Positions 56,346-64,000 of a stretch of DNA of 64,000 nt are shown in pieces. Numbering within the stretch: position 1 is the first letter of the stretch; every line of letters begins with the position of its first letter. The position numbers and the translations under genes are program-made. This DNA is from a virus, in the IMG/VR virus record IMGVR_UViG_3300036852_000741, positions 32,001-96,000 of that record. One strand, given 5' to 3'. Below the pieces are notes generated by a model. The model made no database searches, was not told the DNA's origin, and saw only the letters and a program-made list of their open reading frames with translations.

Positions 56346-57983
56346 GTGTCGCAGGTAACCGGGCTCAAGTTCGCCACCACGTCGGCGTCGCCCGACACCG
56401 GGCTGAGCGTCAACTGGACGAACATCGGCAACGTGTTCGCCGACGACGGCGCGGACGCGGCGGTCACGATCACCTCTACGGCGCTGAACTCGGAGACGCT
56501 GAAGGGGCAAACCTTCAAGCTACTGAGCGAGGACGGCGGCCCGATCGTCGCCAACGCCACGATCATCAAGGTCACGATGGAGATGCGGGTCAGCATCTCC
56601 GTGACCGACAACCTCACCGCCAACGTGGCGACGGTGAACCTCCGGGGCCATAGCCCCGACGGCACCGACCAGTTGTCCACGTCGTTCACGCAGGCCGACA
56701 ACACGAACTCGGACCAGATTCGTACGTGGAACACGGGCGGGACGCAGGCCAGTCCGCAGACCACGTTCACCCGTGCCGAACTCGCCGATGGGCAGTTCAC
56801 GGTCGCCATCGACGTGCACCTTCCCACCGGGGCGCTGAACCAGGCCACCTGCTCCGTTGACTACATCGGCGCGCAGGTGGAGTGGATCGCCTACGTCGAC
56901 AAGGACGGCGGCGCCCGGGGCCGCGGCGACGGCGGGTCGCCGGCTGTCGGCCGGACGGTGCTGCTGACCCGCGTCTCTGCGGGGGCGAGCGCACCGGCCT
57001 CGGCCGGCAATCCGGGGCCGCCGTACAAGGGCATCACCCTGAGCAAGCCGGCCACCCCTCAGTCGGTGCTGCACGGTGGGGCAGCCGCCGGGCAGGGCGG
57101 TGGCGTAAAGCACGTTGTGCGTGCCAGTGCAGACGGCGCGCTGTGCGCGGCGAGCGGCGGTGGCGTCAAGCACCCGGCCATCTCCAGGTCCGGGGGGGCC
57201 GGCGCCACGGGCCTGGCGGGCGGCGCTCGCACCATCTTCGCCAGCAAGGCGGGCGGCGCGCTCGCACCGGCTGCCGCTGGCGCAACGCGTGCGACTCTGG
57301 TTGCTCGCTCGGGCGGGGGGCAGGCGGCCGGGCAGGCTGGCGGCACCAGAACGCTTCTGCTTGCGGGGGCGGGAGGTGGCATTGCCTTTGGAGCGTCTGG
57401 CGCCGTAAAGCACCCCGCCGTCAGCAAGCCAGCGGGGGCGGTGGCGACGGGGAGCGGCGGCGGCCAGAAGACCCTGCTGGTCTCCGGGGCGGGCGGGGCG
57501 CTGGTGGTCATGGTGTCCGGCGGGGCAAAGCACCCGGCCCTCGGGAGGCCCGGGGGCGCTTTGGTCGTTGCGGCGCCGGGAGCCGAAAAGCACCCGGCCG
57601 TAGCCAAGGCAGGCGGGGCGCTGGCGGATCACCTCTCCAGCGGCAGTGTGCGCCGGGTGCTCGCCCGCCGTGACGACGGCGGCCTGGTGGGCAGCACGGC
57701 GGGCGGCGATGGGCGGCTGTACACGTACGGCCTCTCGGGCTTCTCGCGCGCCGCCACGGGAGCGGTGCTGCCGACTGCCGACGTGCGCATCTTTCGCTCC
57801 GACACCGATGTGAAGGTGGGCCAGATCGTCTCCGACGCCAGCGGCGCCTGGTCGGTGGCGCTGACCTCCGAGCCCGTGACCTATTGGGTAAGGGCCGACA
57901 AGCTGGGGTCGCCGGATCGGTTTGGGACCACTGCGCGTGACATCGCGGTGGAGGAGACGCTCGTGAGCGGACCTCCGCCGTAG
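56346..57983 (+). CDS. Shorter fibre protein with the same 20-aa repeat and C-terminal Ig/Cna-B-like domain
   Basis: GGVKHPAISRSGG repeats; ADVRIFRSDT...SDASGAW. Confidence 0.8.
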   Translation: MSQVTGLKFATTSASPDTGLSVNWTNIGNVFADDGADAAVTITSTALNSETLKGQTFKLLSEDGGPIVANATIIKVTMEMRVSISVTDNLTANVATVNLRGHSPDGTDQLSTSFTQADNTNSDQIRTWNTGGTQASPQTTFTRAELADGQFTVAIDVHLPTGALNQATCSVDYIGAQVEWIAYVDKDGGARGRGDGGSPAVGRTVLLTRVSAGASAPASAGNPGPPYKGITLSKPATPQSVLHGGAAAGQGGGVKHVVRASADGALCAASGGGVKHPAISRSGGAGATGLAGGARTIFASKAGGALAPAAAGATRATLVARSGGGQAAGQAGGTRTLLLAGAGGGIAFGASGAVKHPAVSKPAGAVATGSGGGQKTLLVSGAGGALVVMVSGGAKHPALGRPGGALVVAAPGAEKHPAVAKAGGALADHLSSGSVRRVLARRDDGGLVGSTAGGDGRLYTYGLSGFSRAATGAVLPTADVRIFRSDTDVKVGQIVSDASGAWSVALTSEPVTYWVRADKLGSPDRFGTTARDIAVEETLVSGPPP

Positions 57984-57985
57984 CC

Positions 57986-58795
57986 ATGGCCGTCGACGTG
58001 TACCTGCGTCCGGGTGCGGACGCGCTGGTCCCACCCTTGGGCGCCAAGAGCGACGCGATCCTGCGGCCCGCCGGGGCGGATACGGACGGGGCCCTGTTCC
58101 TCGATGCCGAGGGCGGCGGCCGGGCGACCTGCGCGGCCGGCGATGACCGGCGCCCACTGGCGGAGAGAGGAGGCGGAGGCGTGGCGCCGTGTGTTGCGGG
58201 CGCTGAGCGCATTCTGGAGCGCACCGTGGTCGGCGGGGCCAGTGTCGCGGCGCAGGGTGGCGGGGATCGCGGTCTCCCCCTCGGCAAGACGGGTGGCGCG
58301 ATGGTGGCAGGCGCAACCGGCGGCGCCGCCCACACGGTGCGGGCTTCGAGCGGTGGCGCGAGCGTCATTGCGGACGCTGTTGGCGCTAGCCACCCGGCCT
58401 TCGATCGCAGGGCTGGCGCTCGTGCCACTACGACGGCTGGCGGAGACCGCCTCGTGGCCCTCGGACGAGCGGGCGGTGCCACTGCGGGTGGGAGTGCGGG
58501 GGGGGAGCGCCGGGCGATCGAGTGGCGCGACGGCGGGGGGGCCCAGGCCGGTCGCAGCGGCGGGGCGCGGGCCGTGCTGTACCCGGTTCGCGGTGGCGGC
58601 GCCGAGGCATCGCCCGTGGGTGGCGGCGCGGGCGCTGGGCTGGTTGTGCGCCTGGGCGGCGGGCAGGTGACCGCCCTGGCGGGTGGCGAGATGGCCGCAC
58701 AGGTCGCGATGGTCTTCCGGCCGCCGCTGCACGCGGTGCTGGAGCGGATGCGCACCTCTGCCAGCATGGACAACTACGTGCTGGGCGCGCTGTGA
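57986..58795 (+). CDS. Third fibre-repeat protein
   Basis: Degenerate 20-aa GG repeats. Confidence 0.7.
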   Translation: MAVDVYLRPGADALVPPLGAKSDAILRPAGADTDGALFLDAEGGGRATCAAGDDRRPLAERGGGGVAPCVAGAERILERTVVGGASVAAQGGGDRGLPLGKTGGAMVAGATGGAAHTVRASSGGASVIADAVGASHPAFDRRAGARATTTAGGDRLVALGRAGGATAGGSAGGERRAIEWRDGGGAQAGRSGGARAVLYPVRGGGAEASPVGGGAGAGLVVRLGGGQVTALAGGEMAAQVAMVFRPPLHAVLERMRTSASMDNYVLGAL

Positions 58796-58816
58796 GCAGG
58801 GGCTACGATCTGAGAC

Positions 58817-59149
58817 GTGCCAGGGCCCTACGTCCTGAAGGCGAACGACACCGCGACGCCGATCCGGGCCACGCTGTATGACGCCGACGGCAAGCCGGTG
58901 CCGTTGCCGCAGGGCACGGTGGTGAGCTTCGCGATGCGCCCGGCGGTGGTCGGACAGGAGGGGCCGACGTTCAAGAAGGCGGCTCGCATCGTGTCCGACC
59001 CGGGCAAGGTGGCCTATGACTGGGAGTCCGAGGACGTGGAGGTCGCGGGGCCGTTCAAGGCGGAGTGGGAGGTCGTGATGCCGACGGGTCCGCAGACCTT
59101 CCCCAGCGACGGCTACCTCGACGTGATCGTCCTCGCCGACGTGGGCTAG
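58817..59149 (+). CDS. BppU-like (baseplate upper/fibre adaptor) domain protein
   Basis: KANDT.PIRATL.D.DG.PV...GKVAYDW...AG...AEWEV...TFPSDGY. Confidence 0.8.
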   Translation: MPGPYVLKANDTATPIRATLYDADGKPVPLPQGTVVSFAMRPAVVGQEGPTFKKAARIVSDPGKVAYDWESEDVEVAGPFKAEWEVVMPTGPQTFPSDGYLDVIVLADVG

Positions 59150-59397
59150 TTCTTCGGGGTGCGGTCTCGGTCGCCGTAGAGTGGCCCGTGGCGCCGTAGC
59201 GCTGCTGCCGCGGCGTGGATGGCGTCGCGGACTTCGATGACGCTGGCGTAGGCCAGCACCTTGATCGGGCCGAGCCGTCCGGGACGGCGGCCGACGGCTT
59301 CTGCCAGCGCATTCAGGGCAGCTTCGGCGGCGGCCAGGGCTCGTACCGCCGCGCGGTAGAGGTGGACGACCTCGCCTCGTCCGCCGGACGCCATCAC
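59146..59397 (-). CDS. Small helical protein; the only credible minus-strand gene
   Basis: Fills the gap; divergent -10 TAGACT (59405-59410) and operator GGGATCACAACGTGAGCCC (59415-59433). Confidence 0.55.
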   Translation of the reverse strand: MMASGGRGEVVHLYRAAVRALAAAEAALNALAEAVGRRPGRLGPIKVLAYASVIEVRDAIHAAAAALRRHGPLYGDRDRTPKN

Positions 59398-59414
59398 CCA
59401 CCCGAGTCTAGGAC

Positions 59415-59507
59415 GGGATCACAACGTGAGCCCAGCGGGGGTTGGATGTGCTCACGATGTGCGCTATACTCCTGGTGCGACGCAGTGTCGCGATCCCGAC
59501 CAAGGAG
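59415..59507. promoter_or_regulatory. Divergent promoter pair with two operators
   Basis: Operators at 59415-59433 and 59448-59466; -35 TTGGAT, 17 bp, -10 TATACT; hairpin GCGAC-GCAGT-GTCGC; CCCGACCAAGGAG. Confidence 0.85.
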
Positions 59508-59511
59508 AGGC

Positions 59512-61056
59512 ATGACCGCCAAGGCCGTCTATGAGCGCCAGGAAGCGCTCCTCCGCGCACGCCACGATGTGGGTGCGGCGTTTGAGGCGGTCTGGTACGC
59601 GCTGGAGCCCGGTGCGCGCGAGCGCACCGACGCGAACGCCCACCCCGATGTGGTGGCCGCACGCGAGCGCGCCGAGGCCCTGGGTCGTGAGGTTGTTGGC
59701 TTGCACGAGGCGATCGGGGGGAAGGTCTACCGCGTTGTCACGGTGAAGCTCGCCGAGCTTGAGGAGCGCATCGCCAGGCTCAACAAGAAGGCCGCCAAGC
59801 TCGGCACCGGCGCGATCACCCTCACGGTGACCGACGAGCGCGAGGAGGTTGTCCGCAAGGTTCCCCGCACGCTCGACCAGGAGGTCATCGACATCTACGG
59901 GGTCGAGGCCACCCACCGCGAGGAGGTCGTCACCTATGTCTACGTCATCCTCGCGGGCGAGACGCCGATGGTCCCCGGCTTCGTCTTCATGGCGACGCTG
60001 GACCACACCGCTTCGCAGGGTCACGAGGATGAGGCGGTTGGCATTCGCCGCGTTCCCGCGCTGCGCCACCACGCGCTGAGCGCGGAGGCCATCGAGGCGA
60101 TCGACGCCGCCGACCTCGCCGCCTACCGCCACGTCGAGAACAAGTGCGACCACTGCGGCTACGTCCGCCAGCGCCTCCAGACCTACCTCCTCTACGAGGT
60201 CGAGGGCGGCGCGATCCGCCAGGTCGGCTCGACCTGCCTGCGCGACTACACCGGTGCCAACTCGCCCGAGAGGGTCGCCGCGTGGGCCGAGTGGCTCGCG
60301 GCGCTCGATCACGACCTCACGGCCGGCGAAGACGGCTTCGGGGACGTGGAGTTCGGCGGTGGCCGGGTCGCGATCGGCACCACGTTCTACCTGGCGCACG
60401 TCGCAGCGGTCATGCGCGAGAGCGGCTGGCGGGCGCGCTGGGCGCGCGATGAGTACAGCGGTGAGTCGGTGCGCCAGCAGGGCACCGCCGATTGGGCGCA
60501 CAGCAACATTGCCAACTACGGCAAGAGCGGGCGGCGCGGCGAGTCTCTGTTCGTGGAGGTCACCGACACCGAGTGGGCCGAGGCTGCCGAGGCGCTGGAG
60601 TGGGTCCGCGAGGACCTCGGGGAGCGCGAGGAACTCGATGAGTTCCAGCACAACCTGGTCACCTACTGCCGCTCGGATTACCTGCCCGAGAAGGGCGACG
60701 GGTTTGTGGCCTACGCGGTCATGGCGCTGCGTCGCGAGCGTGAGAAGGCGCTGCTCGCCGAGAAGGCGGCGGGCTCCGAGTGGATCGGCGCGGTCAAGGA
60801 GCGCATCAAGGCGCTGACCTTCACGGTCACCTTCGTCAAGCCTTTCGAGGGCCACTACGGGACGCGGTTCCTGACCAAGGGCTACACGCCCGAGGGCAAC
60901 CTGATCCTCTGGTGGGCGGGCCGCGAACTGGAGGCCGGCAAGACCTACACCGGGTCGGCCACCATCAAGAAGCTGACCACGGATAGCTACAGCGCCGACG
61001 CGAAGGTGAGTGAGGTCACCAACGTGCGTGGCATCAAGGAGGCGGTGCCGGCATGA
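59512..61056 (+). CDS. Conserved phage protein with zinc finger and C-terminal OB-fold
   Basis: CDHCG...QVGSTCL; SEWIGAVKERI...FEGHYG...GNLILWW. Confidence 0.8.
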   Translation: MTAKAVYERQEALLRARHDVGAAFEAVWYALEPGARERTDANAHPDVVAARERAEALGREVVGLHEAIGGKVYRVVTVKLAELEERIARLNKKAAKLGTGAITLTVTDEREEVVRKVPRTLDQEVIDIYGVEATHREEVVTYVYVILAGETPMVPGFVFMATLDHTASQGHEDEAVGIRRVPALRHHALSAEAIEAIDAADLAAYRHVENKCDHCGYVRQRLQTYLLYEVEGGAIRQVGSTCLRDYTGANSPERVAAWAEWLAALDHDLTAGEDGFGDVEFGGGRVAIGTTFYLAHVAAVMRESGWRARWARDEYSGESVRQQGTADWAHSNIANYGKSGRRGESLFVEVTDTEWAEAAEALEWVREDLGEREELDEFQHNLVTYCRSDYLPEKGDGFVAYAVMALRREREKALLAEKAAGSEWIGAVKERIKALTFTVTFVKPFEGHYGTRFLTKGYTPEGNLILWWAGRELEAGKTYTGSATIKKLTTDSYSADAKVSEVTNVRGIKEAVPA

Positions 61057-61460
61057 GCGACATCGAGGTCACCTTCGACTGGGACGAGGGGGACCGTAGC
61101 GTCGGGCTATTTCCGGGCTGGGGCGAGGAGACCGGCGCCGTGGTGCGCATGGGCGACCTCACTGTCGGCTTCGTGTTTATCGTGGCGGAGACCAAGCCGG
61201 TGGCGGAGTGGGTACTCGATGACGTGTGGGTACGGCACGCTCAGCGTCAGACCATGCTGGCCGACGCTCCGCCGATCGCTCGACACGGCGCCGAGAGAAC
61301 GCTGCTGGGCGAGCTACCCGACGTGTGCGCGGCGGTAGCCAGGGAGTGGGAGCGCATCGGCGCCGAGCGTGAGGCGGCGGCCGAGGCTGAGGCCGAGGCG
61401 TGGGCGGAGCAGGAGCGCTGGCTGCGAGAGGTCGAGGCCGAGGAGCGCGAGCAAGCCTAG
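61053..61460 (+). CDS. Hypothetical protein
   Basis: AAGGAGG RBS, ATGA coupling. Confidence 0.7.
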   Translation: MSDIEVTFDWDEGDRSVGLFPGWGEETGAVVRMGDLTVGFVFIVAETKPVAEWVLDDVWVRHAQRQTMLADAPPIARHGAERTLLGELPDVCAAVAREWERIGAEREAAAEAEAEAWAEQERWLREVEAEEREQA

Positions 61461-61502
61461 AAGTGGTGTAGCGGAGTCCGGGCGCGCCGGTAGCGTCCGA
61501 TC

Positions 61503-61580
61503 GGCTCCCGCTCGTGCCGCCTCTACCTCCCGTGCGGGCGGGAGCACCCACGTGTATGCCTTTCGCCATGAAGTGGGCTG
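61503..61580 (+). ncRNA. Candidate small RNA
   Basis: Class-II promoter GTGTAG-N19-TAGCGT just upstream; 14-bp stem 61504-61517/61532-61545; C-rich loop; second stem CCCAC/GTGGG. Confidence 0.35.
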
Positions 61581-61587
61581 AACTCTG

Positions 61588-61630
61588 ATGTAGGGCGCGC
61601 CCAGGGCTGGGCTTACCATCCGGCTCAATG
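61588..61630 (+). promoter_or_regulatory. Class-II leaderless promoter of the capsid operon
   Basis: ATGTAG-N20-TACCAT-N8-ATG. Confidence 0.55.
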
Positions 61631-62899
61631 ACTGCCACCGCGACAGCGGACGCGCCAGCCGAAGTGCTGGAGCTTCACGAAGGCGCGTCTGCCTCACCGA
61701 CCGGCATCCAGGACGACGGGCGCGTCCTGGTCCACGTCATCCGGCCCTGCGTTGGCCGGGGACGCGGACGCCATCTTTACACCGCCGAGATGCTGAGCGA
61801 GAACGCCCAGAAGTTCGTCGGCTGGCCGATGTATGTGGACCACCTCTCCCCCGAGGCCCGTCGCGCGGCCGGCGGCCTGCCGCGCTCCCTGCGCGATGTG
61901 GGCGGAGTGATCGAGGAGTCCTGGTGGGACGAGACCGTTCCTGCCGACCCCGCGCGCGGCTACGGCGCGGGAGCCATTGTCGCCCATGCGCGTCCGTTCG
62001 GTCTGGCCAAGAAGCTCATCGAGCACGACCCCCGGCTGGTCGAGGCGTCCATCAGTGCCAATGCGACCGGCGTCAAGCCGACGACTCACAACGGTCAGCG
62101 GGTGTGGCTGGTCGAGGGCATCGAGGACACCGGCAGCGTGGACTGGGTGACGCAGGCTGGCGCGGGCGGTCGGGTCGTGTCACTCATGGAGTCGTTGTAC
62201 GACAGCGACTCTGAGGACCTGCTCTCCGACATGGGGGACGAGGAGTTCCTCGCATACCTGGACCGCGAGCGCCCGCACCTACGCGAGGCGCTCCAGGCCG
62301 ACGACAACGCCGATGAAGGAGGCGACATGGGAGAGGTCACTCCCGAAGTGCTCCAGGAGGCTCTCCGGTCGGAGGCCACCCAGGAGGTCATCCGCAGTCT
62401 CGTCAACGATGGAATCGAGGAGCGCCTTCCGGCGCTTGTCGAGGCGGCGGTGGCCAAGGAGCGCGACCTCATCCGCGCCGAGGCTGAGGCCGCGTCTGAT
62501 CGCAAGGTCGATCTGCGGGACTTCCGCGAGGAGGCCCACCGAATCATCGCGGAGGCCAAGCTCCCGGACTCCTGGAAGGCGAGCCTGCGCTCTCGCTTCG
62601 ACCTCACCGAGGGCGGGCAGCCCACCCCGGCGCTGGACGTGATCGACCAGGTGGACGACGACGGCAACGTCACGAAGTCCGCCCGGCAGGTCCTGCGTGA
62701 GGCGGTCGCCGAGGCGGTCGCCGAGCAGCGCAAGCTCCTGATGGAGGCCAGGCCCACCCGCGTGACGGGGCAGGGCCCGGCGAAGCCCACTGGTGGCGAG
62801 CAGGAAGGCGAGGCCGACAAGAAGTACGACGGCACGCTGACCGCCTCGCTGCTTCAGGAGGCCGGCATCGACCCCGAGACGGCCTGGGCCAAGGTCTGA
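61628..62899 (+). CDS. Capsid maturation protease fused to scaffold
   Basis: YTAEML...MYVDH...RSLRD...SISA...SVDWVTQAGAGGRV..LMES followed by acidic coiled coil; upstream of capsid. Confidence 0.8.
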   Translation: MTATATADAPAEVLELHEGASASPTGIQDDGRVLVHVIRPCVGRGRGRHLYTAEMLSENAQKFVGWPMYVDHLSPEARRAAGGLPRSLRDVGGVIEESWWDETVPADPARGYGAGAIVAHARPFGLAKKLIEHDPRLVEASISANATGVKPTTHNGQRVWLVEGIEDTGSVDWVTQAGAGGRVVSLMESLYDSDSEDLLSDMGDEEFLAYLDRERPHLREALQADDNADEGGDMGEVTPEVLQEALRSEATQEVIRSLVNDGIEERLPALVEAAVAKERDLIRAEAEAASDRKVDLRDFREEAHRIIAEAKLPDSWKASLRSRFDLTEGGQPTPALDVIDQVDDDGNVTKSARQVLREAVAEAVAEQRKLLMEARPTRVTGQGPAKPTGGEQEGEADKKYDGTLTASLLQEAGIDPETAWAKV

Positions 62900-62917
62900 T
62901 CGAAAGGAGCTAACGAG

Positions 62918-63295
62918 ATGCCTTACGAACGTCCAGGCCAGGGCTACTACGCCACCGCCACCAAGGCCCTCACCCACGGGGACCCGTGCACCGAAGATGG
63001 AGTGGTCGGTGTCGCGATCAAGCAGAAGGCTCCGGCGTGGGATGCCGGCCTTGCGGATCAGGACGCCATCGCCATCGGCGAGGCGTTCCACATCCGCACC
63101 AAGGGCATTCACCAGGTGGCGTTCGTGACCGGCGCCGCCAAGGGTGACCCCATCTACATCGTCGCGGCCGACAACACGCTGACCGAGACGGCCAGCGGCA
63201 ACATCAAGTTCGGCCGCGTGGTCGAAATCGAGGGCCAGCGTGGCACGCCCACCGGCTTTATGCGGGTGGACCTCGATCTGAAGGACGGCTTCTGA
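62918..63295 (+). CDS. DUF2190-family capsid decoration/cement protein
   Basis: GDP...GVVGVA...KGDPIY...FGRVV; position between scaffold and capsid. Confidence 0.8.
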   Translation: MPYERPGQGYYATATKALTHGDPCTEDGVVGVAIKQKAPAWDAGLADQDAIAIGEAFHIRTKGIHQVAFVTGAAKGDPIYIVAADNTLTETASGNIKFGRVVEIEGQRGTPTGFMRVDLDLKDGF

Positions 63296-63392
63296 TCGCG
63301 ATGGGCCGCTCGTACCTGTTCTCACTGACGGGCCTGCGCTGTGCAGGCGGCGGCTGCCCCGCCGGACCCACCTTCAAGGAGGTGAACCCCTG

Positions 63393-64000
63393 ATGTACGG
63401 ACCCTACGGGGAGTTCGGGAAGCCCATTCGCCTCCTGGAGGCGTACAAGGAATGGCGTGACCTGCGCCTGGAGGAGGCCGACTCCAAGGCCGACTTCCCG
63501 TCGTTCCTCATGGGACCGGTGACGCAGAGCCTGTGGCATGGCTACTCGCGGGCGCAGTCGCAGTACCGCCGCTACACCCGCGTCGAGAACGTCCAGGACT
63601 TCCGCGAGCGTCGTCTGCGCGGCCTGAACGGGCTCAGCGGGATCGGCTACGTCGGCGACCACGGCGAGTACCCGGGCATGAAGCGGACCGAGCGCCCGAC
63701 CGCCACTCTGGTGATCGACACCTACGGCGGCGTGTACTCGATCACGCGGCAAGCGATCCGCAACGACGACACGAATGAACTGCTCAACCGCAACCCCGCC
63801 GACATGGGCTACGCGGCCGGGCTGTTCGTCCTGGAGACGATCGTCGCGCTGATCGAGTCCAACCCGACGGCGCCCGACGGCGCCGCGATGTACTCGACCG
63901 GCCGCGGCAACCAGACGACCTCTGCGCTTGCCGAGGACTCGCTGGCCACCGCCGTCGGTGCGATGGAGGACCAGCTTGACGACGACGGCCGGCGCATCCA
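63393..64000 (+). CDS. Major capsid protein (Mu gpT-like), 3'-truncated
   Basis: AAGGAGG RBS; hand translation ...LEEADSKADFP...VQDFR...TYGGVYSITRQAIRNDD...PADMGYAA; open to window end. Confidence 0.88.
   Translation, partial: MYGPYGEFGKPIRLLEAYKEWRDLRLEEADSKADFPSFLMGPVTQSLWHGYSRAQSQYRRYTRVENVQDFRERRLRGLNGLSGIGYVGDHGEYPGMKRTERPTATLVIDTYGGVYSITRQAIRNDDTNELLNRNPADMGYAAGLFVLETIVALIESNPTAPDGAAMYSTGRGNQTTSALAEDSLATAVGAMEDQLDDDGRRI

Noticed and set aside
489-59466. Palindromic repeat as a CRISPR array
   Set aside because: Copies are hundreds to thousands of bp apart and separated by genes, not 30-40 nt spacers; no cas genes seen.
489-59466. Palindrome as a host CRP, LexA or BldD site
   Set aside because: CRP is GTGA-N6-TCAC (opposite arm order); actinobacterial LexA is TCGAAC-N4-GTTCGA; BldD has a longer spacer. 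None fit TCAC-N3-GTG.
1-64000. tRNA, rRNA, integrase, transposase or terminase genes
   Set aside because: No cloverleaf/T-loop signatures or catalytic motifs recognised by eye; a tRNAscan/HMM run would be needed to exclude them formally.

Overview
This window is a 64-kb piece of a large, very GC-rich tailed phage (or prophage) with genes almost entirely on the + strand. The host is probably an actinobacterium, possibly Thermoleophilia/Solirubrobacterales (inference). The head module is stretched over about 52 kb. The portal (9332) and a MuF-like multi-toxin protein (11912) lie far from the maturation protease/scaffold (61628), a DUF2190 protein (62918) and a Mu-gpT-like major capsid protein (63393, runs off the window). 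The gap holds dozens of tiny accessory ORFs, large multi-domain putative internal head proteins (zincin peptidases, an ART-like domain, a PD-(D/E)xK domain, a Zeta kinase-ParB-RelA/SpoT fusion, peptidoglycan-binding repeats), RNase HI, a TopoVI-A/Toprim-like protein, a disrupted DNA methyltransferase and a fibre module with a 3305-aa repeat protein. Four patterns stand out that gene annotation does not explain. (1) Nine mini-gene junctions at 17.0-18.8 kb share a 6-6-6 imperfect inverted repeat ending in invariant GCGGACG; it is always read in one frame and always followed by an in-frame stop, as expected of a shuffleable cassette array. (2) Five large proteins carry an HPR-x(3-9)-G-[RQ]-[FW]-type tag, and L-x-E-A motifs are shared with the portal, scaffold and capsid, suggesting a protease-processed virion cargo system. 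(3) About 15 copies of the 19-bp palindrome TAGCTCAC-N3-GTG(T/A)GCTA fill promoter spacers, usually with a leader hairpin and a CCCGACCAAGGAGG start-associated sequence. (4) A candidate late sRNA displays an anti-Shine-Dalgarno loop. No terminase, integrase, tRNA or CRISPR array was recognised. All assignments come from motif reading by eye; no searches were run.
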